From assembly GCA_902802755.1 (NCBI GenBank), contig CADCNH010000005.1, positions 30,634 to 94,633 of the forward strand: 64,000 nucleotides of DNA, written 5' to 3'. How positions within the stretch are numbered: the stretch's first letter is position 1; each line of letters begins with the position of its first letter. Positions 56,393-64,000 of this stretch are shown piece after piece. The translations under genes and the position numbers were made by a program. Under the pieces are notes generated by a model. That model saw only the letters and a program-made list of their open reading frames with translations, was not told the DNA's origin and ran no database searches. This stretch comes from an uncultured Bacteroidota bacterium. Lineage in GTDB: Bacteria > Bacteroidota > Bacteroidia > Bacteroidales > WCHB1-69.

Positions 56393-56436
56393 TAAAAAAA
56401 AGAGTTAAGAAGAAAACCTCTTAACTCTTTTTTTTT
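56393..56436. terminator. bidirectional rho-independent terminator
   Basis: A8-AGAGTTAAGA-n8-TCTTAACTCT-T8, located 25 nt past the stop of paralog 2. Confidence 0.75.
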
Positions 56437-56460
56437 GATTGTTAGCTGAATTGTCAAGAG

Positions 56461-59346
56461 TTACCTGTCTCTAATAATGTGCAGGGTGCCGTGATAGTTG
56501 ACGGTTTTGAATTTCCCTTTGTAATAGAAGGTGAAGAAATAAGATCCGTCGGTAACTTTAGAACCATCAAAAACCTGGTCACCGATGATGATGCCATTTC
56601 CACGCTCACCAGTCATATCCATGAAAGTGTCGTAATTTTCTGCGTGATACACTTGTTTGCCCCAACGGTCATAGATGGTCAATTCATTGTTTCTGTATCT
56701 GTCAGGATCTAAGTCGTTCATGGAAGTGTTGAGGTTTCCGATGGCGAATACGTCGTTCACACCGTCACCGTTAGGCGTGATAACATTCGGGAAGACGAGA
56801 TCTGCCTCCAAGGCAACTGTATGGGTGATACTGCTGTTACAGCCTTCGGGGGTGAACATATTCAAAGTGACATCATAATCGCCCCAAGTGGAGTAAGTGT
56901 GTTCGATGGCATAACTTGAGGAGTCGGTAGCACCGTCACCAAAATCCCAGTTGAAACTCATACTGTTACCAAAGGCTGTGGTATCACCCTGAACTACGAA
57001 CATGATGGTTCCATCAGTTTCAGACCATAGTGCCACGTCTGGCAGAGCTACAAATTCAGCTGCGGGTTGATAATTGACAGTCAGGTAGTTCCATTTGATG
57101 ATAGAGTCTTGACAGCCATCGTCTGTTATTGCGTGCATGTAGATGGAATACACACCATCGGATTCAACGACGAAGTCAGGTGAGGGTTTGTCGGAAGAGA
57201 AGATGGTATTCCCATATTCGTCAAAGCAGATCCATTGATATGAGATATTGGCAGTGTCGGTGGAAATAGTGGTATTGGTAAGGTGTATATTGAGCGGAGC
57301 GCATCCAGACGTGTCGGAGGCGTAAAAGTCCGGGAAAGGTTTGGGCAAGGTGATGATATTCACAGTATCTGATCCAGTACATTCCAGTCCGTCTTCATTT
57401 GCCACAGTCAGCTGTACGGAATATTCACCGCTTGAAGAGAGGTAAATGTTAGGTGTGCGTTCACCGGTATTCCAGATAAGTGAGGTATAGGGTTGGTCAT
57501 AGCCGCAGTTCAACTGATAGAGTTGGCCATGGCAAATGTTTCTGTCGGGACCCAAGTCGGGACGAGGTTTCTCCACTACTTCCAAGGGGAGTATAGTGTC
57601 GTACTCGCAACCCAAGTCGTCAATAACATGAGCGACGTATGGGATGGTACCGCTTTCCATCGGGATAACGGAAGTGCCATCAGCACCGGGACCAGTTAAA
57701 TAAACAGTATCAACAAAAACGGTGTAAGACCAGTCTTGTGGAACCAAGGATGGGTCTAATGCCATTTCCCATTCAGTGATATAGCCATTGTCACCATACC
57801 ATGCGTCAATAACGGTGATACTCCATGTACCGTTCATAGGACAGCCGATAAGGGATGCGAAAGATTCGTCAGGATGGTATATATTGGTCATAGTGACCAT
57901 ATTGGATGAGTCAACACTGCCACTAAGATGATGACCTTGGTTAACGGATTCATATACATATCCTTGTCCATTAGCATATTGGTAACCATTGTTGGTGTTG
58001 TTTGACCAGCAGTAATTCCAAGCGGTTCCCATCGGATTTGTGGCTGGGTTACAATCGTCACCGTTATCGGTATGTAATGCTGCTCCAAAGTCAGTACTGG
58101 AGCCAACGCCAGAGGTTACATTCCATCCCCATCCGTTTGATGGAACAAGGCCTGAGCATTGTGTTGTCGTACTATTACCGTACTTCTTCATAATTTTAGC
58201 GCTTCTACGCACACCTGTTACAGGGTCAGGAGGGCAGGTAAGTGCTACATAGATATCTCCAATGTAGGTGTGCTCCAATTTGGCGCGGACATACCAAATG
58301 TCGTTTGCGCTTTGAATGGTAGCTGAAGGGGCAAAAGCCGTAAAGGTTACAGGTGATTCGAATGCACAAATACCGTTGCACATCACACCATCAGGAATAA
58401 ATACGGTGTCCAGTACAGCCAATGTGGTGAGCTGTTCACTGTATATTGAGTCGTATTGCAGCACAGATAGATTAGAATAACTGGCTGTGATTGTAACCTC
58501 GTCACCAGTACACATTGGAGGCAGTGGTTGTATTTTTCTGATTGGGTTGTCAGAGGTTCTGACTCTGAAGATAGTGGGATTCATGTTCTCACAGCCTGCA
58601 CTATCCACATTAGAGAGGGCTATGTCATAGCCTCTGCCGTGTTCAAAATAGTAATCAATTGTGGTCATGCCCACTCCCTCAAAGGACTCAACTCCCAAAT
58701 CCCATGTAAAAGTGGTGTTGGCATCATCCTGGTGGTAATTGTAGTCATTGTCAAGATATAATCCGTGTAATACCATGTGAAGGGTATCATGTCCACAAAG
58801 GTCCACATAATAAAAACCGTCATCGTCAAGATGCGGGACATGGGACGACAACACAGAGTCAATCTCAATACCCACACGCTGGCATGCTTGCACACATGTG
58901 GAGTTGATGACAAAGCCACTACCGTTCTCAATGCTGTCGCTGACGAATTTCAGCGTTAAGGCACCTGTCGGGTTCTGTATTGTGGCTGTGAATAGTACCT
59001 CGTTTCCAATGCCTACAAGTGTTGCACTGTTGACGGCCGCAAGGAGCAGAGAGTCAACATCAGAATCACCATCATAGATAAACAAAGTATCAGTGAAGGA
59101 AATGTCAGTATTGTTGACTTGTAATGCCAATTGTACATTCGACATGGTGGGGTTGTTCGAATGGATGGTTAGAATATCGTTGCGGTATGGACCATAGTCC
59201 CCGTTTTGTCCACCATGGTCGTAGATGACGAAATTACATCCTGTGACACTTGTTGTGCTGCCTCCCATGGTGACAACCGTCTGGGCGGAAATTGTGCTTA
59301 TGACTCCGCAAAGCAGCAGGGATAGAAGGATAAATATTCTTTTCAT
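56461..59346 (-). CDS. adhesin-like protein, same architecture (paralog 2)
   Basis: Collinear with 53444..56284. The last ~115 aa differ at only about 7 positions. Confidence 0.7.
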   Translation of the reverse strand: MKRIFILLSLLLCGVISTISAQTVVTMGGSTTSVTGCNFVIYDHGGQNGDYGPYRNDILTIHSNNPTMSNVQLALQVNNTDISFTDTLFIYDGDSDVDSLLLAAVNSATLVGIGNEVLFTATIQNPTGALTLKFVSDSIENGSGFVINSTCVQACQRVGIEIDSVLSSHVPHLDDDGFYYVDLCGHDTLHMVLHGLYLDNDYNYHQDDANTTFTWDLGVESFEGVGMTTIDYYFEHGRGYDIALSNVDSAGCENMNPTIFRVRTSDNPIRKIQPLPPMCTGDEVTITASYSNLSVLQYDSIYSEQLTTLAVLDTVFIPDGVMCNGICAFESPVTFTAFAPSATIQSANDIWYVRAKLEHTYIGDIYVALTCPPDPVTGVRRSAKIMKKYGNSTTTQCSGLVPSNGWGWNVTSGVGSSTDFGAALHTDNGDDCNPATNPMGTAWNYCWSNNTNNGYQYANGQGYVYESVNQGHHLSGSVDSSNMVTMTNIYHPDESFASLIGCPMNGTWSITVIDAWYGDNGYITEWEMALDPSLVPQDWSYTVFVDTVYLTGPGADGTSVIPMESGTIPYVAHVIDDLGCEYDTILPLEVVEKPRPDLGPDRNICHGQLYQLNCGYDQPYTSLIWNTGERTPNIYLSSSGEYSVQLTVANEDGLECTGSDTVNIITLPKPFPDFYASDTSGCAPLNIHLTNTTISTDTANISYQWICFDEYGNTIFSSDKPSPDFVVESDGVYSIYMHAITDDGCQDSIIKWNYLTVNYQPAAEFVALPDVALWSETDGTIMFVVQGDTTAFGNSMSFNWDFGDGATDSSSYAIEHTYSTWGDYDVTLNMFTPEGCNSSITHTVALEADLVFPNVITPNGDGVNDVFAIGNLNTSMNDLDPDRYRNNELTIYDRWGKQVYHAENYDTFMDMTGERGNGIIIGDQVFDGSKVTDGSYFFTFYYKGKFKTVNYHGTLHIIRDR

Positions 59347-59384
59347 TGTTTTATTCTTTTTGATAATGAATTCTATTTAACTGA

Positions 59385-59843
59385 TTATAAACCAAATCCG
59401 TATTCTAGCAACAGAGCTCTTTCGCGATCAACAACCCATTGTTTGGGATTGACCACAATATATGCGCCTGTGTTTCCCAATGGATATAATACGGGCAATA
59501 GTTTGTCCTGCTCCAGGTCGTAATCATATCTGTTGATGGCACCTGTGTTGATGATTTCTTGATAATTGCAGCTTTTGCCTGCCTTAATATGATTTTTCAA
59601 ATCATCTTTCATGATGTATGTGCCTTCTGGACCGGTCTTTTTTAAAGCTAATGCACAATAATAAACGAAATTGACATTTTCTATCAATAATTGTCTTGGG
59701 TTATTGGCTTTTAATTCATTGAATTTTTCAGTTCCTAAGACTTCTATAAGCCGTGGATCAACTTTGATTTCTTTCTTCGTTTGCTGCGCGTATGCCCCAA
59801 ATAGAAGAAATAATGCCATGACTAAAAAAGTGATTTTTTTCAT
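59385..59843 (-). CDS. exported protein of unknown function (152 aa)
   Basis: Signal peptide. Sits 38 nt upstream of paralog 2 on the same strand. Confidence 0.5.
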   Translation of the reverse strand: MKKITFLVMALFLLFGAYAQQTKKEIKVDPRLIEVLGTEKFNELKANNPRQLLIENVNFVYYCALALKKTGPEGTYIMKDDLKNHIKAGKSCNYQEIINTGAINRYDYDLEQDKLLPVLYPLGNTGAYIVVNPKQWVVDRERALLLEYGFGL

Positions 59844-59963
59844 ATCCTTTTGATTTTTAATATGTTATCTTTGTTTGTAATAGTTCTTTAGTATTTCCGT
59901 TCATTTGCATGACGCTTTAAATTATAAAAACGTTACAGCAAAATGAATTTTTTTTTTCAAAGC

Positions 59964-59988
59964 TGCAAATTTACACAAATTTCCCGAA
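59964..59988 (-). promoter_or_regulatory. promoter module TTCGGGAA-N7-TAAATTTGCA
   Basis: The reverse complement reads ATTCGGGAAATTTGTGTAAATTTGCAGC. Lies about 120 nt upstream of the 59843 start. Confidence 0.55.
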
Positions 59989-60092
59989 TAACAATCAGTT
60001 ATGCAAAAATAAAATGTAAGGCTGTCATCTTATGGTTGCCAAATGACAAAATAAGGCTCTCCAAAAGCATGTTTTATGGTAGTCCTATATGC

Positions 60093-60122
60093 AAAAAAAA
60101 CGTGCCAGAAATCTGACACGTT
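60093..60122 (-). terminator. rho-independent terminator after tRNA-Phe
   Basis: AACGTGCCAG-aaat-CTGACACGTT with a T8 run on the minus strand. Confidence 0.7.
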
Positions 60123-60129
60123 AAAAAGG

Positions 60130-60202
<73 letters not shown>

Positions 60203-60220
60203 AGTTGTTTTTTAGAGTTG

Positions 60221-60228
60221 CAAAAATA
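60221..60228 (-). promoter_or_regulatory. -7 box TATTTTTG for tRNA-Phe
   Basis: Lies 18 nt upstream of the tRNA 5' end. Confidence 0.5.
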
Positions 60229-60448
60229 CAAAAAAAATCAATCTATGAAGTATTTTTTGGAAATTTTTTTTAGAATTAATATAAACGATTGATATTTAGC
60301 ACGTTTGATTTTATATGCAGGTATAAAATAAACCCGTTTTTCTTTTGTTCTGATATAGAATCAGCTTAAAAAGGGAATTAATTGTTCGAATTATTGTCGT
60401 AAACAAGGTTTATTACACCCTCTGATTAATCCTCATTTCAGATGGAAA

Positions 60449-61111
60449 CTAGTCGTTCAGTTTATTACCGTATGCAAGGTCGCCAGCATCACCTAAACCG
60501 GGTACGATATAGGAGTTTGCGGTCAACTCGTCATCTACGGCGCCTACCCAAATGGTGCAATTACGAGGTGAGAGATTTTTTTGCAAATATTCTATTCCTT
60601 GGGCGGAAGCGATGGCACATACAATGTGTGTATGTTTGGGTTTGCCATTGTTGAGCAGTTCTTCGTAAGCCAATATCATGGATTTGCCTGTCGCAAGCAT
60701 AGGATCGGCGATAATCAGTGTTCGCCCTTCAATATTTGGTGCCGACATATAGTCCACTTGAATCTCGAAAGAACCATCGCGATAGTGCTTTCTGAAAGCG
60801 GAAATAAAAGCATTTTCAGAGTCGTCGAAATAGTTGAGCAAGCCTTGGTGCAAAGGTAATCCGGCTCTCAAAATGGTGGCCAAAACGGGTTTCTCTTTCA
60901 AAAGTTTCATGTTGGCAATACCAAGCGGAGTGACGACCTCCCTGTTTTCATATTCCATGTTTTTGCTGATTTCGTATGCAAAAACCTCACCCAGACGTTC
61001 CAGGTTTCTTCTAAAACGCATACTGTCTTTTTGTGCGTTTTCACTTCTTAATTCGGCAATAAAATGATTGAAAATGGAATTTCCTTGTCCTAAATTGTTG
61101 ATTGGTTTCAT
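60449..61111 (-). CDS. upp: uracil phosphoribosyltransferase
   Basis: PRPP-binding loop LIIADPMLATGKS and C-terminal YIVPGLGDAGD. Confidence 0.9.
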   Translation of the reverse strand: MKPINNLGQGNSIFNHFIAELRSENAQKDSMRFRRNLERLGEVFAYEISKNMEYENREVVTPLGIANMKLLKEKPVLATILRAGLPLHQGLLNYFDDSENAFISAFRKHYRDGSFEIQVDYMSAPNIEGRTLIIADPMLATGKSMILAYEELLNNGKPKHTHIVCAIASAQGIEYLQKNLSPRNCTIWVGAVDDELTANSYIVPGLGDAGDLAYGNKLND

Positions 61112-61184
61112 AATGTTTTTGATTAGAAGAGTTATTTTAATGTGCTAATTGAATTATGAAATTTAGAATTTGAATTAACCTGTT

Positions 61185-62117
61185 TTAGTGCTTAATAGCT
61201 TTATACAGTTTTATAAGCCCTCCCAGATAAAAGTTGCGGGTAAAATGTAACATGGTGTAATTGTAAGGTACTCCACCAAAACCTCTGTATAGCATCGCCA
61301 AGTTCTGGTTTAATGAGCCGGTGAATTCAAGAATTGTGGGTTGCTCCGCATGACGTTGGATGTATTCGTCAATAAGGTAGAACATGGGCTTTTTGTCGGT
61401 TTGTCTTTTGTCCCTGCCCGAAAACCAGAACCATGTGCGTTTTTTTTCTCTCAGGAAAAGTGCACCGGCAATCAACTTTTGTTCGAAATAAACCCCTACA
61501 GAGTCAACCAACCCAAGGTTATTGGCGATGTGTGCCATACGTATTAGGTTGTAATAGTCTCTGTTTTTGAATTTTACGGATCTGTCTTTGCCCCTGTTTT
61601 GACGGAATAGTTGAATAATCTCTTTGAAGGAGACGTTTTCTACATACTGGAGGTTTTTTTTACGGGCAACTTTGATGTTCTTGATGTTATTTTTAGAGTA
61701 TTGCAGGTAGATGTTTTCGTAAGAGGGACTCAAATCGACCTCATGGTATATCATGCTGATTATTTTCTGGTCGATGAGGACGGCTGGGTTGCGCTCGTTA
61801 AGCACCAAATCTATTTGCCGGTATTTTTTAGGGATAGCATCGATGAATTCTTTGACTTTTTCAGCCGAGATGTCGTCTTTGGAGTATATGCCCAAACGAT
61901 TGTAAAAGAAGGGGGAAAATACATAGTGAATGGAAAGCTTCGACCTGACAGGCAGTGGCATAACTCTTTGGTAGTCATCTTCCACCAGTGCGCACCAGTT
62001 TGGATTCCCGATGCATAAAAAATCAAAATCGACAAAGATAGTGGAATTGGGTGCCTCAGAGACAGCTTTGTTCCACCTGTCTTTGTCGATTTCCGAATGC
62101 TCTAAAAAGCGTATCAT
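61185..62117 (-). CDS. hypothetical protein, possibly acyl-CoA N-acyltransferase (GNAT/FemAB-like) fold
   Basis: 310 aa, located 4 nt downstream of mutB. The fold assignment is a weak guess from overall pattern. Confidence 0.4.
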   Translation of the reverse strand: MIRFLEHSEIDKDRWNKAVSEAPNSTIFVDFDFLCIGNPNWCALVEDDYQRVMPLPVRSKLSIHYVFSPFFYNRLGIYSKDDISAEKVKEFIDAIPKKYRQIDLVLNERNPAVLIDQKIISMIYHEVDLSPSYENIYLQYSKNNIKNIKVARKKNLQYVENVSFKEIIQLFRQNRGKDRSVKFKNRDYYNLIRMAHIANNLGLVDSVGVYFEQKLIAGALFLREKKRTWFWFSGRDKRQTDKKPMFYLIDEYIQRHAEQPTILEFTGSLNQNLAMLYRGFGGVPYNYTMLHFTRNFYLGGLIKLYKAIKH

Positions 62118-62121
62118 CAGT

Positions 62122-64000
62122 TTAATTCATCAGAATTTCCAGTATTTTGATGGCACAATCGCTAATGACAGAACCGGGTCCGAAAATGGCAGCTGCGCCG
62201 GCCTTGTACAAGAAATCATAATCTTGCGGAGGAATGACACCACCCACGATTACGATAATGTCCTCACGGCCCAATTTTTTGAGTTCTTCAATCACTTGGG
62301 GTACTAAGGTTTTATGACCAGCAGCCAAGGAGGAAACGCCCAATACGTGAACGTCGTTTTCAACAGCTTGTTTGGCGGCTTCTTCCGGAGTTTGGAAGAG
62401 AGGACCCATATCCACGTCGAAACCGATGTCGGCATAACCGGTGGAAACCACTTTTGCGCCACGGTCGTGACCATCCTGTCCCATCTTGGCGATCATGATA
62501 CGCGGACGACGTCCTTCTTTTTTGGCAAATTCGTCTGCCATCTCGCAGGCTTTCTTGAAGCTTGCGTTTTCTTTTTGTTCTGAACTGTACACGCCTGTAA
62601 TCAAATTGATTTTTGCTTTATATCTTCCGAAAACTTTTTCCATGGCGTATGAAATCTCGCCCAAGGAAGCGCGTTTTCTGGCGGCATCCACGGATAATTC
62701 GAGCAGATTGCCCTCGCCAGTCTCGGCGCAGCGGGTGATGGCCTCCAAGCACGCCTGAACTTCTTCGTTGTTGCGTTCTGCTCTCAGCTTGGTCAAACGC
62801 TTGATCTGAGCTTCGCGAACGGCTGTGTTGTCAACTTCCAAGGTTTCAATAGGATCTTCCTTATCCAAACGATATTTGTTGACACCCACGATGGAATCAA
62901 TACCTGAGTCGATTTTGGCCTGTCTTCTGGCGGCAGCTTCCTCGATTCTCATTTTCGGAATGCCGGTCTCGATAGCTTTGGCCATACCACCCAAAGATTC
63001 AACTTCTTGGATATGTTCCCATGCGCGGTGTGCTAGGGCATGGGTCAGAGTTTCCACGTAATAGGATCCTGCCCACGGGTCAACCACTCGGCAAACGTTG
63101 GTTTCTTCCTGGATGTAAATCTGCGTGTTACGGGCGATACGAGCGGAGAAGTCGGTAGGCAATGCGATAGCTTCATCCAAGGCGTTGGTATGCAGTGACT
63201 GGGTGTGTCCTAATGCGGCGCCCATGGCTTCAATGCAAGTACGGGCTACATTGTTGAACGGATCCTGCTCGGTGAGGCTCCATCCGGAAGTTTGTGTGTG
63301 TGTACGTAAAGCCAAAGACTTGGCATTTTTCGGATTGAAAGTTTTAACAATCTTGGCCCACAACATACGGGCAGCACGCATTTTGGCGATTTCCATGAAG
63401 TGGTTCATGCCCGAGCACCAGAAGAACGACAGACGTGGTGCGAAAGCGTCAACATCCAAGCCTGCTTTGACACCGGTGCGCAGATAATCCCAGCCGTCGG
63501 CCAAGGTGTATGCCATTTCGATGTCGGAAGTAGCACCTGCTTCCTGCATGTGATAGCCTGAGATGGAGATGCTGTTGAATTTCGGCATATTTTGTGAGGT
63601 AAACTCGAAAATATCGGCAATAATGCGCATCGAATGTTCAGGCGGATAAATATAGGTGTTACGTACCATGAACTCCTTCAGGATGTCATTCTGGATGGTA
63701 CCTTGCAATTCTTCGTATTTGGCTCCTTGCTCCAGGGCGGCGACGATGTAGAAGGCCAAAACTGGCAAAACAGCGCCGTTCATGGTCATGGAAACAGACA
63801 TTTTGTTGAGTGGAATCTGGTCGAACAGCACTTTCATGTCTTCGACGGAGCAGATGCTCACACCAGCCTTGCCCACATCACCCATGACACGCTCGTGGTC
63901 GGCGTCGTATCCACGGTGAGTGGCCAAGTCGAAGGCCACAGACAGACCTTTCTGACCAGCCGCGATGTTACGGCGGTAGAAGGCATTACTCTCTTCAGCG
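62122..64000 (-). CDS. mutB: methylmalonyl-CoA mutase large (alpha) subunit; 5' end outside window
   Basis: The C-terminal B12-binding domain has GQDGHDRG (DxHxxG). The catalytic TIM-barrel segment includes [10 protein letters not shown]. The frame stays open past the listed Met to the window edge. Confidence 0.9.
   Translation of the reverse strand, partial: AEESNAFYRRNIAAGQKGLSVAFDLATHRGYDADHERVMGDVGKAGVSICSVEDMKVLFDQIPLNKMSVSMTMNGAVLPVLAFYIVAALEQGAKYEELQGTIQNDILKEFMVRNTYIYPPEHSMRIIADIFEFTSQNMPKFNSISISGYHMQEAGATSDIEMAYTLADGWDYLRTGVKAGLDVDAFAPRLSFFWCSGMNHFMEIAKMRAARMLWAKIVKTFNPKNAKSLALRTHTQTSGWSLTEQDPFNNVARTCIEAMGAALGHTQSLHTNALDEAIALPTDFSARIARNTQIYIQEETNVCRVVDPWAGSYYVETLTHALAHRAWEHIQEVESLGGMAKAIETGIPKMRIEEAAARRQAKIDSGIDSIVGVNKYRLDKEDPIETLEVDNTAVREAQIKRLTKLRAERNNEEVQACLEAITRCAETGEGNLLELSVDAARKRASLGEISYAMEKVFGRYKAKINLITGVYSSEQKENASFKKACEMADEFAKKEGRRPRIMIAKMGQDGHDRGAKVVSTGYADIGFDVDMGPLFQTPEEAAKQAVENDVHVLGVSSLAAGHKTLVPQVIEELKKLGREDIIVIVGGVIPPQDYDFLYKAGAAAIFGPGSVISDCAIKILEILMN

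Overview
This 64-kb chromosomal window looks like a Bacteroidota (anaerobic Bacteroidia-type) genome. Supporting signs are TAnnTTTG -7 promoter boxes in front of genes and all three tRNAs, T9SS type-B sorting domains, a split transketolase, ferredoxin and methylmalonyl-CoA mutase. I support about 50 protein genes and 3 tRNAs (Lys-TTT, Ala-CGC, Phe-GAA). I saw no rRNA, CRISPR array, cas gene, transposase, integrase or reverse transcriptase. The backbone is housekeeping: guaA, murG, lpdA, folE, greA, HIT, dxs, upp, mutB, an LptF/G permease and an ABC ATPase. Between these sit cell-envelope loci: three T9SS type-B-CTD adhesin-like proteins (two are tandem paralogs), several beta-barrel OMPs, and lipoproteins. 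The observations most worth a second look are these. (1) An operon-like trio at 13.8-24.0 kb: an oversized TonB-dependent barrel, a 1,681-aa secreted protein with a sorting-domain-like tail, and a PorV/PorQ-family barrel. Its function is unknown and its codon usage resembles highly expressed genes. (2) A ~270-bp GC-rich mosaic patch at 27.28-27.55 kb made of an AroB fragment and a Gly-rich repeat fragment. It truncates the LptF/G permease and replaces the 5' end of a glycosyltransferase while staying in frame. (3) A low-GC islet at 35.7-37.9 kb with a 5'-truncated YhcG-type PDDEXK nuclease and two uncharacterised genes. (4) A 26-nt direct repeat bracketing a 2-kb segment that carries higBA plus an unknown exported protein. 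(5) A fixed-spacing TTCGGGAA-N7-TAnnTTTGCA promoter module present four times. (6) A kinase-fold protein fused to a RapZ-like C-terminal domain. All functional calls come from motif and family recognition by eye. No database search was possible.
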